64,000 nt of DNA from Azolla caroliniana (taxonomy: Eukaryota > Plantae > Polypodiophyta). Of the stretch, positions 12,373 through 24,240 are shown piece after piece (within the stretch, counting starts at the first letter, position 1; every line of letters starts with the position of its first letter). The DNA is taken from assembly GCA_043228905.1 (NCBI GenBank), contig JBHGNT010000022.1:6572001-6636000 (forward strand), written 5' to 3'. The notes below the pieces were generated by a model, which did not search any database, was not told where the DNA came from, and worked only from the letters and a program-made list of their open reading frames with translations. The position numbers and the translations under genes are program-made.

Positions 12373-15300
12373 CTCGCCCCCTCCGAACCCGCACATCCTC
12401 CGGTATGTGCCGAAGTTCTCGATTCCTCATATCCGTCTTCACCCAAAGCTTCCTCCGATTCTCCCCTTATGTCGACTATGAGTTGTAATTCACTTTCTTC
12501 GCTTCCCGCATCACCATGGTCTTCGTCCGATTGCTCCTCGTTGTCGGCCTTGGCTTGGATCACATAGGGTTTGTCGTCGGTCCGCTTCTTGAAAATCTTC
12601 ACCCGCTTCCCGGCTATAGGCACTCGTAGTATTGTTCCATCCAACTCGGACAGTCGTTACGTTCAGTTGTCGAAGACTTTCCGAACCTCGTATGGCCCGA
12701 ACCACCTCTTCGCGAATTTCCGCATCGTTGTATATTGATGGTCCAAACTACTGTCATAGACGATCACCCAATCTCCTTCTTCAATCCTCCTCGGTCGTAG
12801 TCGGTGCTTTGTGTCGAACCGGCTTTTGTTCCGGAATCGTGCTTCTTGTTGTCGACGTATTGCTTCCGCTATGTCTGCCGGTCTTCCCTCTAGTTGTCGT
12901 ATCCAGACCGCTAGTAGTTCTTCCCGGCTCATCTCTTCCTTCCACGGTAGCACTGTCCATGTTGCGATCGCGGTTTCCGTCGGCATTACCGGTGCTTGTC
13001 CGGTCATGAGTTCTGCCAGCATGTAACCGGTTACGGAGCTATGCGTCGTCTGATCCGCCCATAGTGCATACGGAAGCGTCTGCGGCCAGTCCTTGACCTT
13101 TCCATCGCATGCCTTCGCAAAGTGCTTTCACAATCGGACTATGTCCTCGTTCGATTTTCCTGTTGGCCTCCGGATTGTATGCCGTTGTCAGCGATAACCG
13201 AACTCCGTGTTTGGCGAAGAATCCCCTAGCTTTGTCCGAGTCGAGTTCTCCCCGGTCTGCAATCACTTGTCCTACGCACCCGTACCTGCAAAATACTTCC
13301 TCTTTGAATACGTATCTGCAAAATACCCGTACCTGCAAAATATGTACGGTTGGCATGGCCACTATGTCGACCATCCACTTGAAGTTGATTGTCGGTGAGA
13401 ATGTCGGATGTAACTCATCTCGATGTCGAATCCCGGAGTAGACTTGACATTTCTCGCAGATTTCCGTGAACTCCGCAACATCTTTGTACATTTTCTTCCA
13501 CCAATATTTTTGCTTGATCTTCACAAATGTTGCCCATGTTCCTCGGTGTCCAGCCCAATCGGATTCGTGAAACTCAGACATTATCCGGTTTCGTTGCTCT
13601 TTTGTCCCGACTACTCGAAGTGGTATACCATCCGGTCTTTTCGGCGCCCTCCATATTAATCCGTTTTCCAAGAAGAACTTTTGGACTTGCCTCTTCTTCC
13701 TTCGGATCTCGGCTCTTCTTCCTTTATCGTTTGTTGAATCCTCGGCCTCTTGTAACATCTTTCCGATCATCAAGCTTTCTCCCTCGTATTCTTCTTCCCG
13801 GAATTCTCGGATTACGTTCACTTGGCATATGTGCTCCGACGCGAAGTAGTCTTCGGAAACTTCTTCATTATCCGATTCGGTTATGTCGTCTCCGAACCGA
13901 GCCCTTGATAACATATCCGCTACCGCGTTATCCTTCCCCGAGATGTGTCGAACCTCCGGATTAAGCGACTTGACATATGCAACCCACCTTAGCATAGCTA
14001 CATCCGGTATCGTACAACACCGCATCATCCCGAGTATCGGAAGACAATCCATCTCGATCACCACTTCGGCTCCGATCAAATAATCCCGATCTGATTTTAT
14101 CGCCGACACGACTCCCCACAGTTCTCTTTTGACTTGTGCATATCCACGTTGCCTTTCGTTGAGAACCTTTGCTCCGAATCGGATCGGATACCGCGAACCA
14201 TCCGAGTCGGCTTGATTGATGACCCACCCGATACCGGTTGGACTTGTATCAACCGTTACTATGATCGGTCGATCGTAGCTCGGCTTCTTAAGTGCTTCCA
14301 CCCTCCGAAGTGTCTTCTTCAATTTCTTCATGGCTTTGGTGTGTTCCGGTTTCCATTCGAATTTCTTACCTTTCCGCAACAAGTGGTAGAGCGGGTCCGC
14401 TATATGTGCATAGTGCGGAATCCTTATGTGATAGAATGCACATGCACCGAGAAACCTTCAGACTTCGGATGTTGACTTGCATAATTCCTCCATAGCTTGA
14501 ATCGCATCGATCTTTGTTGGTGACGGTCTTCGGCCGTAGGGCTCACATAGATGTCCGACCACCAATATTTCTTCTTGCCCGAATGCCGATTTCTCCCCGG
14601 AAAGTGTTAGGTGCACATCTTCTAGCTTTCGCAACACTTTCTCGCAGTCATGAATATGGTCGACCACGAACTTTCGGCATCCCCGATCATCCATAGTCTC
14701 ATCTTTTTCTTCTACCGTGCATCCTTTCATCGGAATGTCGTCGAGGAACGACATCGTTATCTTCGGAATGCAGTCTCGAAGCACCTTGTTCATCGCGTTC
14801 ATCATATGAGCAACCGAGTTTGTCGCTCCTTGTGGTAGTATGCACATTCGGACTAATCCTATCGGTGTTCGCATGGTTGTGATGTCTCGGCTCTCCACGG
14901 CTAGTCGGAATTGGTCATACCTCGAGTATAGGTCTCCGATGGAGTATATCGCACGACCGGCAAAAGCTTCCGCAAATTCGTCCACAATCGGACCGACTCC
15001 CGAGTTCCGGATCGTGATCTTATTCACCAGTTGCAAGTCTTGGATAAATCGGAGTGACCCATTCTTCTTCGGAACCGTAAACCATCGATTTGAGTATGGA
15101 GCAGTTGATGGCTCTAGAATCCCCATCGCCACCTTCTCCTTAAGCAAGTCAATGACTTTCGGAACATGCGCTCGTGGCACCGGAATCGGCTTCAGGTTCC
15201 ACGGTACATGATCAATCGTGAAGATCACCATCGGCTCCACTATTCTCGGATCGACGCACCCTATCTCCCTTGATGTAAATGCAAACGCTTTGCCGTGTTG

Positions 15301-17932
15301 CTCCAACATCTTGCGAAACCGTTCTTCTTCTTTTTGTAATAGGAACCCACCTCCACCGATCCGAAGTTTCTTCCGGGTCTCATCCATGAAGGCATGTCCG
15401 ATATCCACGGACTTCCGAAGTGTCGGATCTCCCGAGACTTCTTTCCTCTTTTGTTCGCTATCGGTGGGTAGTGGTCCCGCGGCCAGTTTCACCTTCTTCT
15501 CCACGGTCTTGTATTTCGTACTTACCATTGCTTCTTCTTTGTGGAGCGTATCCGGCTCCATTTTCGCAATGATCTCGTACATCTCGACCGATTCCACCGG
15601 GACTACCCGGTTCCCTTGGCTTTTATCTTCCGCAAGCTCTTCAAGTCATTGTAGCGTGCTCCCATAGAACACTTCTTCGACTATCCCCATGATTTCTTCA
15701 TCTTCTTTTATTATTGATGCCGACCGCAACTTATCCTCCACTTGTCGGTATCCTTTCTTCAAACCTCCGGTTACGGTCGTGTACGTAGATGCCCCATCCG
15801 GACCGATTCGTACATGTTTTGCTCCGAGAGTTTTCTTCTTGTGTGGGGTATCAGGGCTTCTCGGACTATCACTTCCCCAGTCCGCAACAGTCCGCTTTAA
15901 AAATCCATTCTCATTTGGGACAAGAGTTCCCTCTTGTTCCTTTCGTGATTTGCCGGCACCGTTAGGAATTGGACGGATTTCCCACCGTGTTGGCTCCGAA
16001 TTCGCGCAAAAGCTGCACCGCTATCGAGCACCTTCGTCTCCATCCGTGATGCCGTGATAAAGGGTTGGCCGAGGAATGTGAAACCTCATCTTGCACGAAG
16101 AAATTTTGGTCAATCTCGACATCCCCGATCTTCACTGTCACATCCGGACAAGCCGCAAATAGATCTTCCGTTGCTTTGGTGGCCGCCCGAATCTTCCATC
16201 CATGGTTGGTGTTAATAGGCCACTTCCCCTTCCGGTAGAACTCCTTGGACATCAAGTTGATCTCCGATCCGTGATCAATCAATGCTAGCACGGGTTCTTT
16301 GATGTTGCCGATTCGGACCGGAGTCTCCGTAGTCGCACGTGCCCAATGTGGCCTTGTATAGTGGGAGTTCGGAATTTCGTCCTCCACTTCGGTGTCGTTC
16401 ATTAAAACGGTGTTCGCATTCACCCTTGGAGCATTTTCCTCCGTACTTTGTCTTTTTCGCTTCACGAGATCCACGAGAAGATCGTGGAACTCCTTCTTTG
16501 CTATTCCGAGTAGCTCCCGAAGCGAGAAATCTACCCGGCTATCCAAGATTCTTTCCTCGAACACTCTTTTCAAGTTGGTTTGTTGTTCTATGCTCAAGGC
16601 GAGCTTGAATGCCGTAGTCGCCTTTTCTTTTCCCTTACCTCCGGAGTTCCAGCTTTCCGGTATCTTCGATAGCCCGGCCGCATCCTCCATGCGTCGTCGT
16701 TTCTCGTCCACATACACCTTATGCAATTGACATAGGGCGTATACGCTATTCTTGTTGACAAGGCACTCCCATCCCGTAGCTTCCCGGACGCCTTCCGCGG
16801 TGCTTCGGATCTCGTTGGAGTCGGTTTTCTCGGTGTTTTCTAGAACTTCCGACCAAAAAGACGTCTTTTCTCTCGATGACTCCCCGACACATATTCCCGC
16901 GGTTGTCGCATAGTTGCTTCTTGCTTCCAATTCCTCCTCGAGCACCTTCTTCATGCCGCCTTTCCGGAAGTTCGGTCGGAGTGGCTTCCGAGAGTCCATC
17001 GAATGAATCCGGTTTCCCTCGTAGTAGATGAGATCCCGCCGTAGCGCCTCCTTATGCTCGTCGCAATCCCTCCGATCGTGTTCGGCGCTATCGCACCATA
17101 TGCACCGTCGGTCCGTATACTTGGAGCTTGTGGGGCGGTCATCTGACTTCTTCACCATTGCGATCTTCAGATTCTCCATCTCCTTCAATAGTTGCTCCAC
17201 CGTAGATGCATCAATCCCCTTCTCGGTTGTAGTCTCTCGAGCCCTCGGTTGATGGTCTTCCAATCCGGTTCTCGGTTTCGGAATCGGTTCCGAAACCCTC
17301 TTTTCCTCATTGGCAAGCCATTGCCCCCTCTTCGTGTATCGCGCGACGATATCCCGCACGCTTTCCCATGTTTCGGTGAGGCCACTCTCCGTGGTCGTGT
17401 CCTCCAAGAGCACTCCAAGATCTTTCCGGTCCCGGACGTCCACGGCTCACAAGAACGTGATCACCTTGTCCGGTACGAGGATAGCTTGATCTCTCGCGGA
17501 CAACCTACCGAACCGGCTTTCGCATGCCGAAAACACATCAACGACCTTCAATCCCTTGTCCGGCGTCTCCACCCAATCTTCGAATCCCCTTCGCGTCGCC
17601 TTGGAGGAATCCTCGATGGCGAACGTCCTCTTTAGCTCTTCTTCAAATGCCTCCCATGTCGGATTTTGTTGTCGTAGCCCATGGATGCTTGCTTGAAGCC
17701 CGTCGGTCGCCACCCGGTTGAAGGACGTCACTTGCAGTCCTTCCGATATTCCGCACCATAGCATCTCCGCCTTGTAGTCCCGAAGATACCGTGACACGTC
17801 TTTCCCGTTGAATTGCCCGTTTCGTTGCACGAGCCGCTCCACTGATGCCGCTATCTCCGACATCGCGCGTTGTTCTTGTAGCATGCGCTCGAACATCATC
17901 ATCATGTTGCTAGCCTCCGGTTGATTTTCCAT
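12330..17932 (-). pseudogene. gag-pol of C
   Basis: gag (17447-17932, then 15962-17443 with CIWC...H...C and protease LIDHGSEIN), RT FLDDI (14458-15597), RNase H/INT (13039-14382), WFGPY (12663-13022). Confidence 0.92.
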
Positions 17933-17949
17933 CTCCTTGCCACCCGGTT

Positions 17950-17967
17950 TTCACGTCGGGTTCACCA
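17950..17967 (-). promoter_or_regulatory. PBS of C, TGGTGAACCCGACGTGAA, tRNA-Trp
   Basis: 18-nt complement of the recalled plant tRNA-Trp end ...TTCACGTCGGGTTCACCA, next to the LTR. Confidence 0.85.
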
Positions 17968-17971
17968 ACTG

Positions 17972-18672
17972 TGTCGTGCCCTTCGGTTCCGAATCGTTGC
18001 GTGAGTCGGGTGGGAACCGCCGAGGTTTTTCACTAGGAGGAAGAGGAATACAACTTAAGGCTAGTTATGAATAGTGGAAAGAGAAGTAAGATAGCAATCT
18101 CGTGAATCCCACGAGTTTAGTGTATTTAAAACAATATTTAGATTATAAGAGTAATTTAGATGGCAAAATTCGTGAATCCCACGAATATATTAGATTGATC
18201 AATCCTTGTATATTAATCAACAACCTTATACATATTTCTCTCCTCATATAAAGATGGAAGAGGCTAAGCATGGCTTCATGCTTTTTCACCAACTGTGTCC
18301 ATGCACACTAAATGTGCATGTGATGCTTTGTCATTTCCTAAGTATAGGGCTCATGCGCGCTAGATGTGCATGAGTCACTTTTAATGTCACGTGTAAATAA
18401 AATATTCACACCCTAAAGAATACATTATTTTTACCTTTTAATAAAGGTATGTGTAAATAAAGGTCTTATACGTATTAAATCTATATATATAATGCTAAAG
18501 ATAAGTTATTACAATGGTAAAGTTAAGGTTTATCTACGTGGAGGTGCAGGGTTCGAATCCTGCCCTATGCACGTGATAAATGTTTTGATATATTATTTAT
18601 TTATTTATATGTATCTAAAATCGGATATATTATTTTATGGTTTTCACGTAGTGTGTGGAATACACTACGACA
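17972..18672 (-). repeat. 5' LTR of C (701 bp)
   Basis: Direct repeat of 11666-12372; adjacent to the PBS. Confidence 0.93.
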
Positions 18673-18676
18673 ACAC

Positions 18677-21645
18677 ATGGAGACCTTATACTTTCACGAA
18701 CCAGGAGCACAGAAGCACCAAGGCGTTGGAAGATCACCAGACGAGAACCTACGCACAGAGAACCCCCGCTTTCTGAACTCTCTCTCTCTCACTCTTACTC
18801 TCATCACCATCCAACCTCGCCATCACAATCCGACCTCGACACAGACATGGACCCGCAAACATTGCCGGAAGCCAGCAAGAAATGGCTAAAGCAACACGGG
18901 CTCGAGGGCTTCCTGACGATTATGGAGGAACCGCCACACAAAGAAGCCGACAAGGTGATCAAAGAAATCGACACAGAGGTCATAACGGATGAGGCGATCC
19001 GTGCGTTAACAGGCCTTCCGGAGGGAGGCATATTCACGATTGACAATCCGACCTCGGAGCAACTCGTCAAGTATTTTGGTGAGTACTCCCTAGCCAGCAA
19101 GGGCTACCGGACACAGGGCGGCGGAGATATGCTGTTTCGCGAGATTGCCCGTGTGCTCCACGAATACGGCCATGTGTACCGTAGACCCCCTGTCATGCCG
19201 CAGAACCGGGCAGGGATGATCATCGCCACCTATGAAGGGATCAAGGTGGATTGACCGGTATTGATCGTAGACGGTTTGTGTGCGGCGATCGAGATCGTCA
19301 GAGGAAAAGACGGCAAAGAAGGCCGAGACGGACGGAGGATATGGCACGCAATAACGCAGTGGCTCACCTTGCTTGTGCCACCTATCGAGCCCGTCGAGCC
19401 CAAGAAGCGGGGAAGAGTGGCAGACGGCACCCCAAAGACTGCTTCCAAAAGACAACAGTTGTTGGCCTCTAAGGCCACTAAGGGGAAGGCGGCGGACGCA
19501 GAACAGGCGGGAAAGGAGAGCGCCAGCCGGAAGCGGCCAACGGATGCGCAGGAGGAACCACCAGTATGGCCCGTAAAGATTACACTCCGCCGACTGGTGA
19601 ATAGAGAAGCGGACCCCTTGGCGGGGAACTCAATGCCGGGACTCAAGAAGAGGAAATAGAGGAGGAGCCTACGGAGCACCTCCAGCGACGGTTGTCGGCA
19701 AGGACCGTTGAGGCAGTCTGGAAACGTTCGGACCCTCAAACGGAGGGAACACCGGCTCCCCATACTGAGACTCCCACGCCAAGGGAGGAACCGGAACCGG
19801 TGCGCATGGCACCGGAATCAGAAGCCCCTGCACCACCGGCACCACCGGCAAGTCCCGTTCCGCCAGAGCCGGAAAGGTCAATGCAGCCTCCCTCAGCCAA
19901 CCAAGAAGAAGCGCAAGGGGAACCAAGACAGCAGGTTGGTCCACGAGCAGAAATGGAATTGCAACTCGGCACAATCAGGCGGGACCACCCACCCACAAGC
20001 GAGCCCATCCGTCAAACCTCCGTGCAAGCGCAACAACAATGCACCGGTAGCCTGTGGCTCCGATGGATAGGCGAGCAAGGGTCGGATGGTGGGGTATATT
20101 GAGGCGGAAGAAAGAGCGCAAAGCGAACGGTTTCTCATCACAACCGAACAACTAGAGACGGCCCGGTCCAGAATCCGGTGCCTTGAAAAAGACTTGGATC
20201 AAGTCACGACAGAAATGGCCAAAATGGCCTTAATGGCAACACAGATCTAATCACTGGTGACTCCGGTAAGTGTACAGAATAAAGAAACAGACCAACCTGT
20301 ACATACTAATAAGACCCCGGCAACGGAAACTGTTCCAGAGAGAGATGCGGCGCAAGCCCAAGAGCTTGCGGAATTGAGAGATGAACTTGCCGCATAAGAA
20401 GCGCTAAGGAGCCGTGAACGAGAATTGAAGACAACGGCCGAAGCAGAATTAAAGAAGACTGCTGAGAACCTCCGCCGGGCAAAGGAGAGCCTCCGGAAAG
20501 GCCATCAAGCTTACGATCGGCTAAGGGAGGAAAAAGACAAAGTGCTGCAGGAAAAGGACAAGCTACGGGAGACGGCGGAAACGGAAATTGAACGGCTAAA
20601 GGAGGAGCTCTGCCAGCAGAAGGACCGCGAGGACCGGGCCCGTCGACAGATCAACGTACGGCTCAAGCAAAAGATAGATGATTTTGAGCACCTGCACCGG
20701 GACTACAAACGGCTGGAAATGGAGCATAAGGAAAGGATGGTCGAGCTCTAGCAGGAAGTTGATCGGGCCGCGATGGCACTCGCCGACGAACGAGCAGAAA
20801 ATACAAGACGGTTGGACGAGGCGGAGAAGGTCCGGATGGAGCTCCAGAGGCAGCAGCAGGAAGAAAGGGAGAGAGAGTCAACGATATTGCAAAAATTACA
20901 AAGCACATATCAAGGGCAATTGACGCATTACAAGGAGCAGGCGGAAGACAACGTCATAATCATCAAGCAATTGAAGGAGGAACGGCAAGCTGCGGAGATC
21001 AAATCGCAGATGGGAACGGGCCGAATTCAGTGCATCCTTCGGGCATGGCTGAATCAGACAAAACACTTGATTGACGAAAGCTCCGTAAGATGGTGGACAA
21101 AGTGGGCACAAAATACGGCGGAACTCCAATTGCTACGGGCAGATGTGGAAAACCGGCAGAAGGAAGGAGATGATTGTTACACGTTGACTTCCAAGGACTT
21201 CACCGCCATACGGGACGAGCTGGCCGAAGACTTCCAAGTCCTGGCGGATGAACAACTGGTGCAGGTCTGGCAACTCGTAGCTCAGCTAGATGATGATAGG
21301 CTAGACGCTCAAATCCAATTTGAGAACTACGAGCGGTCCCGGGTTCAGGAAGAAAAAGCACAGGATGCGGCAACGGTTAACCTTAGTGATGAGGAACCGT
21401 CGCCGACCGAGGGCTAGGCCGGAACCAGTCAACCAGAGACCACTACGACGGAGAGAGCAACGACGGAAACACCGGTGTCAGAGCAACAAACGAAGGAGCA
21501 GCCGCAACAGCCACCAACGGACCAGTCGCAGCAGCCATCAACGGAGCAGCAAAAGCAGCAGCAACAACCACAACAACAACCAATTCCAGATGACCCATTG
21601 GAGACTCTCGAACAAAGCATTCTGGATATTTTGGACGAAGAATAG
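18677..21645 (+). pseudogene. Extra sense ORF of B downstream of integrase (globular N-domain, Pro/Glu linker, coiled coil, acidic tail); disrupted
   Basis: ORF pieces 18655-19254, 19261-19659, 19692-20102, 20425-20751, 20773-21417; homologous to D 62362-64000 and F 40476-43244; ends ...ILDILDEE-stop. Confidence 0.85.
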
Positions 21646-21658
21646 CAAGGGTTGGATG

Positions 21659-21700
21659 GTGGATTCGACGTACAAGGTACTGTCCCACGGGCGTGCCATG
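21659..21700 (+). other. tRNA-Arg 3'-end-like motif in the PPT position of B
   Basis: GTGGATTCGA-cgtacaaggtact-GTCCCAC-GGGCGTG-CCA-TG, then LTR TGTT; no purine run. Confidence 0.8.
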
Positions 21701-22134
21701 TGTTACCGGCCGACAAAGTAGTCCAGAGTGTGAAACGGAGGAGTTATTTAATTATTAGGAATGGTTGTAAGTAAGCTATTAGTGTGGACGGACAGACCGG
21801 AATCAGTATGCTGTTCTGGATCCGGACCGATCCCGAACAGGTGCGAATGGCACCGTTTTGTACTACAAACCGGAAACCTATTTAAAGGCCCGGATACAAT
21901 GTAATGAGCAACGGATAATTAATAAAGCTTAGTGTTTTTATCTCTCTGTGTTAATTGTCGTTCTGCATTCATTGTTATATCTTACGCGTATGATTATTAA
22001 AGACGATCTTGCTAAGTAACCTAATTAAGTCGGATTAATCGTTGAGCCTAATCCTCTTGCCATAACACCCCTTTGGTGAAGTGTCTTCCGTAGACACCCT
22101 GTGTTAGGCCATTGTCCGGCCCTAAGAGTTAACA
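21701..22134 (+). repeat. 3' LTR of B (434 bp)
   Basis: TGTTACC...GTTAACA; matches 4616-4941. Confidence 0.93.
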
Positions 22135-22627
22135 ACCTTTTATACTTAAAACATTTTCAAGTCTAACAATAAATGTAATCTTAATTTCCTTAAGATGGTG
22201 AAACCATTAATCTTAACTTGTGCCTTGAATTGACCATTGTGATTTTCTTTAAGTTAAAACTACATTTCATATCTACAAACCATCAACATTTAAATATTTA
22301 TTGAAAAACTATTCAATTTTAGAAATTATCATTTTGAAACTTGTTAAATCTCAAAAAATTAGCAAATTTTACATGCTATTTCAAACATGTGATATTGGTG
22401 TATCAAGTTTTTGGAAATTGCCAAAATCGCAAGATTATAAAAGGAATCTATAAGTGGAATGCGCAATCCTTCCACTTATGAACGCAAAGGTGTTTCACCG
22501 TCTTTGTTAAGATCTCATTGTTAATAATACCCTTCAAATCCGCTTGGCCCTTGTTGTCTGTGGTAGTGTGCCTGTTTGGCGTCTTCCTTGTGTTTACTGG
22601 CCTCGATTGCTTCGACCTCCAGTTGAG

Positions 22628-23668
22628 TCAAATTAGCTTCTTTTTGGATCGGTCTTGTCTGATTGGTGTTCGGTTGGATCGGCTTCCGATCGGATTCATA
22701 TTCGGCCGATTCGGACTCGGTTGATCGGTTTTTACCGATTCGGCCCCCTTTCGAGTCAGTTTCGATCTATCGGTTTCGGTTTCGGTTGGCTTTCTTTTCC
22801 TCGTTTTCACCGGCCTCGACCGGTTCAACCTCCAACTAAGTCGGATTAGCTTCTTTCCGGATCGGTCTCGTCCGATTGGCTTTCGGCTAGGTCGGCTTCC
22901 ATCCGTATTCGCGTTCGGTCGAATCGGACTCGATCGATCGATTTTGATCGACTCGACCCCCTTTCGGGTCAGCTTTCTTTCTGATCGGAATTCCATCCGG
23001 ATCATCTTCCATTCAAACCGGCTTCCGACTTTACCTTTCTTGCCACCACCTCCCGTCTCTCCGATCTCACGTTGCTTCTCGGACACAACCGCCGAAGTCT
23101 CTAGGATTAGTGGGCAGGGATCCTCGGTATTATCGTTCTCCGTCGTTTCACGCATATCCACTTTCTTGGCTATCTCTCCGTTGTATGCATCAACTTCGGC
23201 CTTCGTTTTCTCTCCACCACCTTCCATCTCTTTGGTTTCACGTTGCCTTTCGAATGCAACCGCCGAAGTCTCTAGAACTAGTGGTGGGAAAGTCTTCATA
23301 TGGCCATCCGCCATTGATTCGTCCATAGCTACCTCCGATTTGATGTCATCTTTCATGGCGACCTCCTCAATCAAGTTTGCCTCGCATTCTTTATCTCCCT
23401 TGATCATGCAAGCATCGATTATGCTTACCCCTTTTTCACCCGATGTTTCGAATACTTGTATTCCGAAACCTTCTTCCATTCTTGAAGTGGTGTTCGCCAC
23501 TCTCAAGTCATCGACCTTATCCTTGGCCGTCGTTCTTTTGCAAGACGAGAGGGTGCCTTGTTCCACACCCTCTCTCGTGGTACCATCGAATCGTACTTCG
23601 GCCTTCATATTAGCCACATCGTTCATCCTTAATCTATCATCCCTTATAGGCCATGTTGTTGCCAACAA
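22628..23668 (-). CDS. Repetitive acidic/basic ORF after the truncated gag of E; unknown function
   Basis: 346 aa open frame with two PL.LETSAV...GGG.K repeats and two KLTRKG.ES.K.D...KKLI repeats. Confidence 0.5.
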   Translation of the reverse strand: MLATTWPIRDDRLRMNDVANMKAEVRFDGTTREGVEQGTLSSCKRTTAKDKVDDLRVANTTSRMEEGFGIQVFETSGEKGVSIIDACMIKGDKECEANLIEEVAMKDDIKSEVAMDESMADGHMKTFPPLVLETSAVAFERQRETKEMEGGGEKTKAEVDAYNGEIAKKVDMRETTENDNTEDPCPLILETSAVVSEKQREIGETGGGGKKGKVGSRFEWKMIRMEFRSERKLTRKGVESIKIDRSSPIRPNANTDGSRPSRKPIGRDRSGKKLIRLSWRLNRSRPVKTRKRKPTETETDRSKLTRKGAESVKTDQPSPNRPNMNPIGSRSNRTPIRQDRSKKKLI

Positions 23669-24240
23669 TATTCTCGTCTTCCTCTTATCATATCTTCATC
23701 ATACTCTTTCGACTTCAGCGCAATCCTCGGTAAGGCCATTTGCACTGTCATCATCTTCGAGTTCGATCCCGATGTCCATCCTTTCTTTTCGATCGATCGA
23801 CTTCACGAACATTAGGACTTTATCCATACCCACCAATCGTTGTTCCTGCTCCGAGAGTCGAGCAAAACGATGCTCGAACTCTAGGAATGCTTGTGTTGCA
23901 CTTCGGTGGGTCTTCTCCGATACCACCTGTTGAGATATCAAGCTCAACTAGTTTAATCTAGTTAGTCAACACATGTAACTTAGTAGTTACCTAGATCGAA
24001 TCTAGTTAATGTGTGGACCTTAAGCCTTAAAATAGGACCTTGTACTTAAGTGGGATATTCTAGATCCTCCACTCCTTAGTACATTTAATGTAGGACTTAC
24101 ACATAAGTAACTATGTTCTACCTACACATGTGCACCTTTGCACATGGGTTGTATATATACCTCATTGTGGGTATTTTTGAATGTTGATGACACTTTTCAA
24201 TATAATCAATCATCCCCCATTTATCTTTGTGTTCAAGTGT

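Larger units (their letters stand above)
11666..18672 (-). mobile_element. Element C: full-length gypsy, tRNA-Trp primed (possibly Phygy-like non-chromovirus); inserted between pol and the extra ORF of B
   Basis: LTRs 11666-12372 and 17972-18672 (TGTCGT...ACGACA); PBS; G-rich PPT GGAGGGGGCGAG before the 3' LTR; probable degenerate 4-bp TSD GCGC/ACAC (D has ACGC at the equivalent empty site). Confidence 0.92.
4616..22134 (+). mobile_element. Element B: gypsy of the A/D group with extra 3' ORF; hosts A, a solo LTR and C
   Basis: 5' LTR remnant 4616-4941 matches the 3' LTR 21701-22134; PBS TGGCGACCAC 4949-4958; gag-PR-RT-RH-INT order. Confidence 0.92.

Noticed and set aside
18503-18572. Functional tRNA gene
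   Set aside because: No convincing acceptor or anticodon stem; only A/B-box-like parts, reported as a finding.
18677-21645. Captured host gene or classical envelope gene
   Set aside because: Present at the same position in three related elements and intronless, with no evident signal peptide or transmembrane segment.
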